From the NCBI GenBank assembly GCA_041687695.1, contig JAWLBL010000002.1:134761-198760 (forward strand): 64,000 bases of DNA, in the 5' to 3' direction. The position numbers were made by a program, and so were the translations under genes. The notes below the pieces were generated by a model. It had not been told where the DNA came from, did no database searches, and worked only from the letters and a program-made list of their open reading frames with translations. Below are positions 50,109 through 59,639 of this stretch, piece by piece. Numbering within the stretch: the first letter of the stretch is position 1; each line of letters opens with the position of its first letter. Source of the stretch: Myxococcota bacterium. Lineage in GTDB: Bacteria > Myxococcota_A > UBA9042 > PHBI01 > JAWLBL01.

Positions 50109-51314
50109 TCACTCCCCAGCCGCCGCCTCGCCCAACCCCAACCTCCCGCCCCGGGGCGGAACGCCCCCCGCCCGCCGCGCCCCCATCTTCAGCGCCACGA
50201 ACCCACCCCCCAGCTCCTGCCGAGCCAGGAACAGGTTGTGCGCCTGACAAACCACCCGGACGTTGTCGACCGAGTGCGCTCCGCCCTTCGCGAACGCCTC
50301 GACGTGATGCAGCTCCAGCCGCCGCGTCTCCCTGCACCGCCCCCCTGGCCCCTCGAAGGTGCACCGCAGCCCATCCCGAGCGACCACTTCCCGCCTGACC
50401 TCGGCCGGAATGGCCCGCCCTCGGCCCGCCGGCCTCCGGTCCGGCTCATCGGCCGGGCCCGCTCCGTCCGCCACGGCCACGCTCTCGGCCGCCTCGGCCA
50501 CCTCATCGACCGACTCGCCGGCCTTGACGACCCGCTCGTCCGTCTCCCGCGCCTCCTTCGCCTTCTTCGACTTTGCCCTGGCCCCCACCCCGAACCGCTG
50601 CTTCTTCTTCGCGGCCAGGAAGACGTCCAGCGCCATCTCCAGCAGCGTCTCGTAATCCCCCGACGCGATGCTGTGCCCGGCGATCGCCATCACCTCCTCT
50701 AGCTTGGCGGCGACCCGCGCACCGACGGTCACTTGCACTCGATAGCGAGCCTCCGAGAGCGGCTCGACCCGATGCTCCACCTTCGGCCGCTCCAGCGTCA
50801 GCTCGTTCGGCCCCGCCTTGTCCTCAGCCGTCACCTGCTTCGCGGTCTTGGCTGCTCCGCCCCGGGACGGCGGCAGCTTGAACACCCGCGCCGGCACATC
50901 CGGCCGCGGCGACCACCGAGCCACCAGCTCGGCCAGCTCCCGCTTGCTCTTCCCGGCGGCCTCGGCCAGCCGCTCGCCGACGTTCCGCTCGTCCAGATGC
51001 GGCCCGATGACCCTCATCCCGCTCAAGCTCAGCCGCCCGTCGGCCAGCATCGCCCCCATCTGCGGCCACCGCCGCACCCACCCAACGGCTTTCACATAGT
51101 TGTAGGCCTTGTCCTCCCCAAAGCCCCACCGCGTCCGACACCACTCGAACAGCGACGAGCTCCCGTCCCGCAGGTGCAGCTCCCTCGCCTCGACCTCGGC
51201 CAGCAGCACCACCAGGTTGGCGGTCGTCCGTCGCTCCAGCTCGACCAACTCACCGACCCGACCCAGCAGCCCTTCGTCGGTCCACTTCGCCAGCGTTTCC
51301 AAGCCCTTGCTCAT
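50109..51314 (-). CDS. HNH endonuclease with DUF222-like helical N-terminus
   Basis: R.IPAEVRREVVARDGLRCTF....RC....LELHHV..FAKGG.....NVRVVCQAHN; GGAGG RBS. Confidence 0.9.
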   Translation of the reverse strand: MSKGLETLAKWTDEGLLGRVGELVELERRTTANLVVLLAEVEARELHLRDGSSSLFEWCRTRWGFGEDKAYNYVKAVGWVRRWPQMGAMLADGRLSLSGMRVIGPHLDERNVGERLAEAAGKSKRELAELVARWSPRPDVPARVFKLPPSRGGAAKTAKQVTAEDKAGPNELTLERPKVEHRVEPLSEARYRVQVTVGARVAAKLEEVMAIAGHSIASGDYETLLEMALDVFLAAKKKQRFGVGARAKSKKAKEARETDERVVKAGESVDEVAEAAESVAVADGAGPADEPDRRPAGRGRAIPAEVRREVVARDGLRCTFEGPGGRCRETRRLELHHVEAFAKGGAHSVDNVRVVCQAHNLFLARQELGGGFVALKMGARRAGGVPPRGGRLGLGEAAAGE

Positions 51315-51570
51315 CCCGCAGTCCTCCCAATCGAGGCCTGCAGCCTAACACGGGGGTCCCCGTCCCCTCGCAGCACCCCCTGGACGGCCGTTCAGGCCCT
51401 CCAGACGACGCGCGACGCCCCCCATCCCTGATCAGCGCGTCGTAGAGCCCGCCAGAGCCCCCACAGCCCCCGCCCAACGGCGACCCTCGATCGCCCAGAA
51501 TCCGCCCCCGAAATCCGTCAACAACTATTTGCCCTTCCGCCCCATCCCCATGTCGATTTCTCACCCGCCC

Positions 51571-51846
51571 GCGCTGCCGCCCCGGGACGGCGACCCGGTC
51601 TGGGCCTCCCGCCCCGGGACAGCGACTCGCCCTGGGAGTACCGCCCCGGGACGACGCCCGCTCGAACTGTCGCCCCGGAAATTCGACCAGCGCTCCCGCC
51701 CCGGGACGACGACCCGCTCGTACTGTCGCCCCGGAACTTCGACCAGCGCTGCCGCCCCAGCGCTCCCGCCCCGGGCCGACGACCCGCCCCTGGGAGTCCC
51801 GATCCGCAACTTCGGCCAGCGCTCCCGCCCCGGGACGACGACCCGC
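51571..51846. repeat. Degenerate array of six ~28-bp repeats (gcgctcccgccccgggacgacgacccgc)
   Basis: Copies at about 51571, 51606, 51641, 51690, 51760 and 51819 with related interspersed segments. Confidence 0.85.
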
Positions 51847-52004
51847 CTGCCCACGCCCCGCACCGCTGATAACCCCAGGCTATCACGCCCCAGCTGCCGC
51901 ACCCCCACCGCCCCCCGCATCCCGCGACCCAGTCCGCGCCACGGGACGCGCAGCGGCCCGGACGCCCCCGTCCGGGCCGATATAGGCCACCCAGCCGCAG
52001 CGAA

Positions 52005-52088
52005 GGCCGGGGTCAAGGGCTTTGTCGTCCGCGAGGAATTGGCCGGCCAGCCGGCCGGCCAAGGGGGAGAAAGCCCTTGATGCCGGCC
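52005..52088. repeat. Nested inverted repeats
   Basis: ggccggggtcaagggcttt / aaagcccttgatgccggcc (19 bp, 2 mismatches) enclosing perfect ttggccggcc / ggccggccaa. Confidence 0.8.
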
Positions 52089-52193
52089 GCAGCGAAGGCT
52101 ACCGCGCCCCCTCTCACCGCCTGATGCCGGCCGCAGCGAAGGCTACCGCGCCCCCTCTCACCGCCTGATGCCGGCCGCAGCGAAGGCTACCGC
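52078..52193. repeat. Perfect 44-bp tandem repeat, 2.6 copies
   Basis: tgatgccggccgcagcgaaggctaccgcgccccctctcaccgcc at 52078 and 52122; first 28 bp again at 52166. Confidence 0.92.
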
Positions 52194-52267
52194 ACCCCCA
52201 CCAACCCCCTCACCGCACCTCAACCCCTCACCCCAACCCTGCCCCGCACCCCGACCCTCCCCCCCCC

Positions 52268-52810
52268 TCACTCCCCCAACTCCCGCAGCTTCCGCTCCAA
52301 CCGCCGCACGTCGTCGCCGCCGACGTGGTCCTCGGCGACGCGGCCCTCGGGGTCGATGAGCAGGGTGCGGGGGATGCTGTCGACGCGGTAGGCCGCGCTC
52401 ACCCAGCCGGTCGCGTCCTGGAGGATGGGCAGGGTCAGGCCGCGGGCGTCGGCGAAGGTGCGCAGGCGGTCGGCGGGCTCGCGGCTGATGGTGACCAGGT
52501 GCCACCGGCCGTCCGCCTCGCGGTGCAGGCGCTCGAGATCGGGCAGCTCCTCCTTGCAGGGGCCGCACCAGGTCGCCCAGAAGGCCAGCAGGACGGGCTT
52601 GCCGCGCAGCGCCTCGAGGTCGACCTTGGCGCCCGAGCGCACCTCGACCAGCTCGAACGGAGGCGCCGGCTGCCCGAGCGCGACCGCGCCGGACGAGGCG
52701 CCGCCGCGGCTGCCGAACCACTGGATCAGCCCCGCCACCGCCAGGAAGACGGCGGCGGCGATGGCGAGCTCGCGGACCCAGTGGGCCGCCCGGGTGGTGC
52801 CGTCCTTCAT
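52268..52810 (-). CDS. TlpA/ResA-family thiol-disulfide oxidoreductase
   Basis: N-terminal TM; FWATWCGPC; IPRTLLID. Confidence 0.93.
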   Translation of the reverse strand: MKDGTTRAAHWVRELAIAAAVFLAVAGLIQWFGSRGGASSGAVALGQPAPPFELVEVRSGAKVDLEALRGKPVLLAFWATWCGPCKEELPDLERLHREADGRWHLVTISREPADRLRTFADARGLTLPILQDATGWVSAAYRVDSIPRTLLIDPEGRVAEDHVGGDDVRRLERKLRELGE

Positions 52811-52820
52811 GGCCCCGAAG

Positions 52821-54446
52821 CTAGGCCCGGGCCACGCTCGCGGCAAGCTCGGCGGCGACGCGGGTCGCGGCGGCCCGATCCAGCTTGCCGTGGCGGCCGC
52901 GCGGCAGGGCGTCGACGCGGAGCACCTGCCGCGGTCGCCGGTAGCCCGCCACGTGCGCCTCGGCCCACGCCAGGAACTCGTCCTCGCGCAGCCCGCCCTC
53001 GCGCGGCACGACCAGGGCCACCGGACGCTCGCCCAGCCGCGCGTCGGGCAGCCCGACCACCGCCACCTCGGCGACGTCCGGGTGGGCGCGCAGCGCGGCC
53101 TCGACCTCGGCCGGAAAGACCGAGAAGCCGCCGACCTTCAGCCGGTCGCGGCTGCGCCCGGCCAGCGAGAAGAACCCGCCCGGCCACACGCGGGCCAGAT
53201 CCCCGGTGCGGAACCAGCCGTCGGCCCCCGGCCCGCTCGCCGCGCCCTCGTAGCGCCGCAGGACGCCGGGGCCGCGGACCTCTAGCAGCCCCGGCCGTCC
53301 CAAGCGCGCCGGGCGCCCGTCCTCGTCCACGGCGCGCGCCTCGAAGCCCGGAAGGACCCGCGTCAGCCGCGGCATCGTCAGGTGCCCGCTCGGCGAGGGC
53401 GGATAGACGCGCACGGCCATCGGCCCCGACAGCTCGACCATGCCGTAGACGTCCAGGAAGGCCGCCGTGCCCACCGGACGGCCGCGCAGGCAGGCCGCCG
53501 CGCCGCGCCGTTGGAAGCGGCGAGCGCGGTCGGGCGGCATCGCGTCGGCCGAGCTGATCCAAAGCTGGACGTGGCGCAGATCGAAGCCGTCGGCGAGCGG
53601 CTCGAGGTCGGCGTACATGGTCGGGACGCCGACGAAGACGTTGGCGCGCGTGGCCTCGAGCGTCTCGAGCACGGCGCGGGGCTCGAAGTGGCCGACGTGG
53701 ATCGCCTCGACGCCGGCGCACAGGGCGCCGAGCAGGACCGACAGGCCCATCACGTGGGTCAGCGGGAGCGGACACAGGACCCGGTCGCGGTGGGCGCGGG
53801 GGCCGGCGGCGGCGCCGACCGGGACCAGGCCCAGGCGGCCCGCTTGACCGACCAGGCCGGCGCTGGTGAGGGCGGCGGCCTTGGGGCGGCCGGTGGTGCC
53901 CGAGGTGCACAGGAGGACCGCGACGTCGTCGGGCGCGAGGCGGTCGGTGGGGCCGAGGCGCGCGGTCGGGTGGGCGTCGAGCCAGGCCGCGAGGGCGTCG
54001 CTGTCCAGGCGCGGCGGCCGCGGGGCCGGTGAGGCGTCGTCGAGGCCGCCGCGGCCGGGATCGGCGAGCAGGGCGGTGACGCGGGCGGCGGCCAGGACCT
54101 CCTCGAGCTCGCCGGGGCGCAGGCGCGGGTTGATCGGCACGGCGACGGCCCCGGCGCGCGCCAGGGCGAGGACGTGGAGCAGGACGTCGAGGCGGTTGTC
54201 GACGCAGACGCCGACGTGGGCGCCGGCGGCGTGGCCGTGGGCCTCGTGGGCGGCGGCGAGGCGGGCGACCGCGTCCTCGAGGGCGGCGAAGGTGAGGGTC
54301 GGCGGCCCCGAGGTGAGGCCGGGCAGCGGGGCGTCGCCGCGCAGGGCGGGGCGGGCGCCGAAGCGGGCGGCCAGGGTGGCGGTCAGCGCGCCGAGGGAGG
54401 CGCCGCGGCCCAGGGCCAGGGCGAGCGATCGGAGGGTCTGGCTCAT
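52821..54446 (-). CDS. AMP-dependent acyl-CoA synthetase/ligase
   Basis: TSGTTGRPK, YGMVE, WFRTGDL, GRSRD, PAEVE, LPR...GKL. Confidence 0.92.
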   Translation of the reverse strand: MSQTLRSLALALGRGASLGALTATLAARFGARPALRGDAPLPGLTSGPPTLTFAALEDAVARLAAAHEAHGHAAGAHVGVCVDNRLDVLLHVLALARAGAVAVPINPRLRPGELEEVLAAARVTALLADPGRGGLDDASPAPRPPRLDSDALAAWLDAHPTARLGPTDRLAPDDVAVLLCTSGTTGRPKAAALTSAGLVGQAGRLGLVPVGAAAGPRAHRDRVLCPLPLTHVMGLSVLLGALCAGVEAIHVGHFEPRAVLETLEATRANVFVGVPTMYADLEPLADGFDLRHVQLWISSADAMPPDRARRFQRRGAAACLRGRPVGTAAFLDVYGMVELSGPMAVRVYPPSPSGHLTMPRLTRVLPGFEARAVDEDGRPARLGRPGLLEVRGPGVLRRYEGAASGPGADGWFRTGDLARVWPGGFFSLAGRSRDRLKVGGFSVFPAEVEAALRAHPDVAEVAVVGLPDARLGERPVALVVPREGGLREDEFLAWAEAHVAGYRRPRQVLRVDALPRGRHGKLDRAAATRVAAELAASVARA

Positions 54447-54474
54447 GGGCGGGACGGTAGCACAGCGGACGGGG

Positions 54475-55935
54475 TCACGGCGCGCGGGACGGCAGGGCGG
54501 CGGCGAGGCGCGGGAAGCGGCGGCCGTAGCCGGGATCGCCGAGGATGGCCTCGACCAGCGCGCGGTCGGCGGGTGGCAGGGCCGAGAGCGTGGCCTGCAG
54601 CGACGGGGCGCCGCGGCGGTCGACCTCGGCGAGCCAGTTGGTGGCCCAGAGCCAGGCGTCGGCGAAGGCGCGGCGGTTGGGGAGGCCCGCCGGGTCGGCC
54701 GCCTCGGGGTAGAGCGCCAGGAAGTGGGCCTCGAAGATGCGCGTCAGCGTCGGCTCGTCGGCGCGGCGGCGCGGGTCGCCCCACCAGCGGCGCAGATGGC
54801 GGGACAGGGGCTTGCGTTCGGCCAGGGCCAGGGCGGCGAGGGCGGCCGGCAGGCGGTCGGGGTTCCGGCGCGCCCAGGCCAGCCACACGGTGGCCCAGAC
54901 CGTCGTGTCCGAGGTGTGGCGCTTGGCGGCCTTCACCTCGCGCTCCATCAGGTCGAAGAGGATCGGCAGGGGCACGAAGGAGCCCAGGAGGCGGGCGATC
55001 CGATAGGTGTTGCTGCGCGCCACCCGCGGCGCGCGCAGGGCGGCCTGGAAGCAGGCGAGGCGCGGCGGGTGCGGGTGATCCTCGGCGGCGGCCCAGCGCT
55101 CGAGGCAGGCGAGGTCGGGGGCCGCGACGGTCAGCTCGCGGGTGGCTGCGGCGTGCGCGCCCTGGGCCAGGAGATCGGGGACGGGCAGGGCGGTCTGCAT
55201 GCGTCCGGGGCCGAAGGGGTCGGCCAGGTTCTGCTCGGCGCGGCTCGGCTCGGGGGCGGGCGCGGGGCCCGGGCGCTCGTCGACGGGCGGCCGGGCCAGG
55301 GGGTCGTCGGCGAGCAGCGGGTCGACCCAGTGGCCGCGCGAGCGCAGGGTCGCGCGCAGCTCGGCGTAGTCGGCCAGGGCCCGGGCGAGCGGCGGCGGGA
55401 GGCGCTCGAGGGCGTCGAAGGCGGCGTGCTGGCGCGGGGCGGCGTCGCGCAGGACGGAGCGCGGCGGCGGGCCGGGCGGCGAGGGCGGCTCGGGTGCCGG
55501 GCGGGGCGGGGCCGCGCGCGGCGGGCGCCACAGGCTGCGATCGAGCTGGATCGACCGGTCCGCCACCGGCTCGGTGACGTCCTCGCAGCGCGGCTCGGGC
55601 GAGCCCGCCTCGGCGCCCTCGGGCGCGGGCGCGCACCGGCGGACGAGGGCGCGGCGCACGACCCGCAGCGTCAGGTCGTCGCCGGCGAGCCGGACGTGCA
55701 GCGCGTCGGTGGCCGGGTCGTAGCCCTCCATGGCGCGCGCGACCGCCTCGCGCACCTCGGGCCGGGCGAGCAGGCGCCGCAGCTCCGCGGGGCTCAAGTG
55801 CTTGGCGGCGGCGCGCCGGAAGGCCACGAGCGCGGGCGCCGTCGCTGGCGGCGCGGCGGGCGTCGCTGGCGACCACACGAGCAGCAGGGCGAGCAGCGCC
55901 GGGCCCCACCGGCGCGCGCGTGATGACGTCGTCAC
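54475..55935 (-). CDS. Secreted hypothetical protein
   Basis: Signal-peptide-like N-terminus; Pro-rich linkers; helical C-terminal domain; fills the gap between neighbours. Confidence 0.6.
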   Translation of the reverse strand: MTTSSRARRWGPALLALLLVWSPATPAAPPATAPALVAFRRAAAKHLSPAELRRLLARPEVREAVARAMEGYDPATDALHVRLAGDDLTLRVVRRALVRRCAPAPEGAEAGSPEPRCEDVTEPVADRSIQLDRSLWRPPRAAPPRPAPEPPSPPGPPPRSVLRDAAPRQHAAFDALERLPPPLARALADYAELRATLRSRGHWVDPLLADDPLARPPVDERPGPAPAPEPSRAEQNLADPFGPGRMQTALPVPDLLAQGAHAAATRELTVAAPDLACLERWAAAEDHPHPPRLACFQAALRAPRVARSNTYRIARLLGSFVPLPILFDLMEREVKAAKRHTSDTTVWATVWLAWARRNPDRLPAALAALALAERKPLSRHLRRWWGDPRRRADEPTLTRIFEAHFLALYPEAADPAGLPNRRAFADAWLWATNWLAEVDRRGAPSLQATLSALPPADRALVEAILGDPGYGRRFPRLAAALPSRAP

Positions 55936-55990
55936 GCCCCTTGGGTGCCTCGAACCCGCGTCGAGATCACCTCCGCGGTCGCGATTCGGG

Positions 55991-58093
55991 TCAGGCCGGC
56001 GCGTCCGTGGCGGCGAGGCTCGGGCCCTCGAGCGGCAGATCGACCGTGAAGAGCGCGCCCTGGCCGGGCGCCCCCTCGGCGCGGATGGTGCCCCCGAGGC
56101 GCTCGACCAGCTGCCGACAGATCCACAGCCCCAGCCCGAAGCCGCCGTAGTGGCGGGTCGACACGGCGCGCTCGAACCGCCCGAAGATGCGCTCGGTCTG
56201 CTCGGCGTCGAGGCCGATGCCGTGATCGCGCACCTCGAGCCGCGCCGCGCCCCCCGCGGCCCGCACGGCCACGTCGATCGGCCGCCCGCGCCCGTACTTC
56301 AGCGCGTTGCCCATGAGGTTGCCCACGATCTGCTCGACCCGCGCGCGGTCCCACCGGCCCACCAGGCCGTCCTCGATGGTCGCCGTCACCGCGCACTCGG
56401 CCGCGGCGGCCGCGTCCGCCAGCTGGGCGAGCACGTCCCGGACGACCGCGCCGAGCTCGAGCGGCTCGAGCTCGAGGGCCATCTGGTCGGCCTCGAGCCG
56501 CTCCACGTCGAGCAGGTCGCCCACCAGGGCTTCGAGCCGCCGCAGCTGCCGCTGCAGCATGTCGACCCGCGGCTCGAGCGCCCGCGCCCCGCCGGCCCGC
56601 ACCTGCCGCATCAGCGCGTCGGCGCCCAGGCGCAGCGTCGCGAGCGGGGTCCGCAGCTCGTGCGACGCGATGGTCAGGAAGTCGTCGCGCTGGGCGATGG
56701 CTTCGCGCGCCTCGCGCATGAGGCGCGCGTTGTCGACGGCGACCGCGGCCCGCCGGGCCAGCTCCTCGGCGAGCGTCTGGTCCTCGGGCCCGTGCCGCCG
56801 CCCGGAGTCGGCATAGAAGAGCGTCAGCGCGCCCAGCAGCCGCCCGCGGTGGCGCAGCGGCACGGTGAGCATCGAGCAGAAGGCGAGGTCGCGCATCACC
56901 GCGAGGTGCTCGGGCCCGACGGCGACCGCCCGCAGCCAGGCGTCGTCGATGTCCGGGTGGACCGCGCTCTCGCCCGCGGACAGGGCGCACAGGTTCATGT
57001 CGGTGCGTTCGGATCGGGCCCACTGCGTCGGCTCGAGGATCGCCTGGCGCCGCGGGTCCTCGTGGGCGCGCGCGACGCGCCGCACCTGCCCGTCGGGCTC
57101 CACGACGTCGAAGAAGCCGAAGTCGGCCAGCGCGGGCATGGTGAGCGAGATGACGTTGCCCAGGGTCAGGTCCCACTCGAGCGAGCCCGACAGCACCTCG
57201 CCCGCCTCGGCCAGCAGCGTCAGCCGGCGGTGCGCCTGCTCGGCCTCGCGCTGCGCTCGGGCGGCCTCGTCGGCCAGCTCGGCCTGCCGGATCTGCGCGA
57301 GGCGCCGCTCGGTCACGTCGAGCAGCGTCCCCAGAAAGCGCAGCGGCCGCCCCTGGAAGAAGAAGGCGCGGCCACGCCCCTGCAGCCAGCGAGTGTCACC
57401 GTTGTCGACGACCCGATAGTCCACCTCGTAGTGGTGGTCGCCGTCCGGGTCGAGCGCGCCCTCGATGGCTGCGCGGACCGTCTCGCGGTCGTCCGGGTGG
57501 ACGGCGGACCAGAAGGTCTCGCGGTCGAGGACCTGGTCGGGCCGCAGCCCGAAGAGCGCGAGGCAGCGCGCGTCGACCTGCATGCGGCCGCTATCGACCT
57601 CCCAGTCGAAGATGCCCAGGTCGGCGGACGCCAGCGCCAGTCGGAGCCTATCGGCCGCCAGCAGCGCCGCCTGGTGGGCCTCCTCGGCGCGCCGCCGGCC
57701 GTGCACCGCCTCGGTCACCGGCTGCGCGCTGACCAGCACGCCGTCGTCCTCGACGCCGACGGTCCGCACCGGCGCGAACAGCAGGTCGACCAGCAGCGGC
57801 GCGTCGGCCCCGTCGTCGGTGGCCTCGACCTCGCGCGCCCAGGTCGGCTCGCGCGTGGCCAGCGCCCGCTCGAGCGACTGCGCGGCCGTCGCGCCGAAGC
57901 CGGCGACCCAGGCGTCCAGCGGCGCGTCCGCGGCTCGCGGGCGCAGGGCCGTCCACGCGGCGTTGGCGAACGTCACCGTCAACGCGGGCCCCTGCCCGTA
58001 GGCCATGGGCCAGGGCAGCTGGCCCAGGAAGGCGAGCGCGCGATCGAGGTCGCTACGGACCAGCGCGAGGGGCTGTCGGTCGGTGACGGTCAC
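55991..58093 (-). CDS. PAS-PAS-GAF sensor histidine kinase
   Basis: VHPDDR PAS; GAF; ASHELRTPL; NLMGNALKY, DHGIG, GFGLGL. Confidence 0.94.
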   Translation of the reverse strand: MTVTDRQPLALVRSDLDRALAFLGQLPWPMAYGQGPALTVTFANAAWTALRPRAADAPLDAWVAGFGATAAQSLERALATREPTWAREVEATDDGADAPLLVDLLFAPVRTVGVEDDGVLVSAQPVTEAVHGRRRAEEAHQAALLAADRLRLALASADLGIFDWEVDSGRMQVDARCLALFGLRPDQVLDRETFWSAVHPDDRETVRAAIEGALDPDGDHHYEVDYRVVDNGDTRWLQGRGRAFFFQGRPLRFLGTLLDVTERRLAQIRQAELADEAARAQREAEQAHRRLTLLAEAGEVLSGSLEWDLTLGNVISLTMPALADFGFFDVVEPDGQVRRVARAHEDPRRQAILEPTQWARSERTDMNLCALSAGESAVHPDIDDAWLRAVAVGPEHLAVMRDLAFCSMLTVPLRHRGRLLGALTLFYADSGRRHGPEDQTLAEELARRAAVAVDNARLMREAREAIAQRDDFLTIASHELRTPLATLRLGADALMRQVRAGGARALEPRVDMLQRQLRRLEALVGDLLDVERLEADQMALELEPLELGAVVRDVLAQLADAAAAAECAVTATIEDGLVGRWDRARVEQIVGNLMGNALKYGRGRPIDVAVRAAGGAARLEVRDHGIGLDAEQTERIFGRFERAVSTRHYGGFGLGLWICRQLVERLGGTIRAEGAPGQGALFTVDLPLEGPSLAATDAPA

Positions 58094-58228
58094 GGAGCCT
58101 GCGTGTGGCGAAGTGGCGCGCGGAGCATAGCACCGAGCCCATCGGCGTGCAGCTACGGGCCACGAGGTTCCGGCCCGATGTCACCCTCTGTTATCCTGCC
58201 GCCCTCCTGCCACGCGGAGGCGCGCACG

Positions 58229-59620
58229 ATGCATCGGGTCACCACGGGCCTCATCGCCCTCGCCGTCTCAATGCCGGGCCTCACCTGCGACCAGGTCCCG
58301 GCGTCGCCCACCGAGGGGGCGCCGGGCGCGCTGGTCGCGCTGGACCTCGAGCCGTTGATCCTCGATCTCGAGCGCGGCGGCTGCGGCGAGGCCAGCCTGC
58401 AGATCGGCGACGCGCCGCCCCTGTCGCTGCCCGTCCGCCCGTCCGGGCTCGAGGCGCACGCCGCCGTCCCCGCGCCCGCGGACGGCGCGCTCTCCCTGCG
58501 CCTCACCACCGCCGCCTGCGGCGATCACGCGCGGACCGCGCCGGTCGAGCTGGCCGCGCAGGCGGTCACCCCGGCGCGCCCCCGCCTGGACGCGGACACC
58601 CTGCGGCTGACGTCCGCGGCCCCCGTCGCCCTGCCCGCCGACGCGCGCTTCGCCGTGACCTGGGCCGACCCGACCCGCGCGCCCGCCGACGTGCCCGCCA
58701 CCCCGGCCCGCGCGGGCGAGGCCCTGGCCGCGCTGCTGGCGGATCCGGCCGTCGCCTCGGTGGCCCCGTTCACCGCTCGCGCCTCCGCGGCCGACCGCCT
58801 GGGAGCCCTCGCCGCGCCCCGCGCCGCTGTCCGCGCCCCGGCGCCCCGCCCGCCGGCCATGTGGCTGGACCTCGACCCCGACGCCGCCGCCGAGGCCCCG
58901 CGCCGGCCGGCCGCCGCCGTGGTCCCGGCCTTCCTCTACTACTTCTCGTACTGCGACTGCGCCCGCCCTGCGCCGGGCCGCGCCTTCTCGGCCACCCTGG
59001 CGGACGGCCGCGTCCTGACGGGCCGCACCGATCGCTTCGGGATGATCGTCCTGCCCGGCGTCGAGGACGACGACGTCGCCATCGACATGGGCCCGGGCAG
59101 CCGCGAGCGCGCCCGAGCCTACCCGTTCGCGCCGGACGCGCCCGGCTTCGAGGCGGCCGTGCTCGAGGCGCTCGCCAGCGCCGACCCCAACGAGCGGCTG
59201 ACCGCGCTGCTCGACCTGCGCGCGCGCCCGCTGCCCGCGGCCGTCCCGGCGCTCGAGGCGCTGCTCGAGCACCCCGACGTCGCGGCCTGGCTGAACGCAG
59301 CCGTGACCCTGTCGCGCCACCCCGAGGCGGCGGACCTGGCGCGCCGCTGGGCGCCGGCCGCCTGGCAGAGCGGGGCCGACGTCGCGCGCGTCGCCGCCAT
59401 CCTGGGCGGCCTGCGGCAGCCGACGTCGGTGCCCGTGCTCGCCGGGCTGCTGCAAGAGGGCCCGCCGGAGGCGCGGCCCGTGGCGGCCTGGGCGCTGGGC
59501 GTCATCGCGTCGCCCGAGGGGCGGCCGGCGCTCGAGGCCGCGCTGCGCTCGGGCGATGCGGCCCTGGCGGACGAGGCGCGCCTCGCGCTCGAGCGGGTCG
59601 CGGGGGCCGAGGCGCGCTGA
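58229..59620 (+). CDS. Exported protein with C-terminal HEAT repeats
   Basis: GGAGG RBS; signal ending GLTC; GRTD..G beta domain; AVPALEALL / AAWALG HEAT units. Confidence 0.7.
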   Translation: MHRVTTGLIALAVSMPGLTCDQVPASPTEGAPGALVALDLEPLILDLERGGCGEASLQIGDAPPLSLPVRPSGLEAHAAVPAPADGALSLRLTTAACGDHARTAPVELAAQAVTPARPRLDADTLRLTSAAPVALPADARFAVTWADPTRAPADVPATPARAGEALAALLADPAVASVAPFTARASAADRLGALAAPRAAVRAPAPRPPAMWLDLDPDAAAEAPRRPAAAVVPAFLYYFSYCDCARPAPGRAFSATLADGRVLTGRTDRFGMIVLPGVEDDDVAIDMGPGSRERARAYPFAPDAPGFEAAVLEALASADPNERLTALLDLRARPLPAAVPALEALLEHPDVAAWLNAAVTLSRHPEAADLARRWAPAAWQSGADVARVAAILGGLRQPTSVPVLAGLLQEGPPEARPVAAWALGVIASPEGRPALEAALRSGDAALADEARLALERVAGAEAR

Positions 59621-59639
59621 TCCGGCCCGCGCGCGCCGA

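Larger units (their letters stand above)
50104..52276. mobile_element. Putative HNH-endonuclease insertion element with 14-bp flanking direct repeat
   Basis: ccccctcactcccc at 50104-50117 and 52263-52276; lies between convergent genes; contains HNH gene and repeat-rich non-coding DNA. Confidence 0.45.

Noticed and set aside
51518..52080. ORFs in the repeat region upstream of the HNH gene
   Set aside because: Products merely mirror the DNA repeats in several frames; no credible start signals.
51571..52193. CRISPR array
   Set aside because: Repeats are degenerate, spacing is irregular, the interspersed segments resemble each other, the 44-bp unit has no unique spacers, and no cas genes are present.
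55730..58228. N-terminal extension of ORF 55730..59620
   Set aside because: Antisense to the histidine kinase; the RBS-supported start is at 58229.
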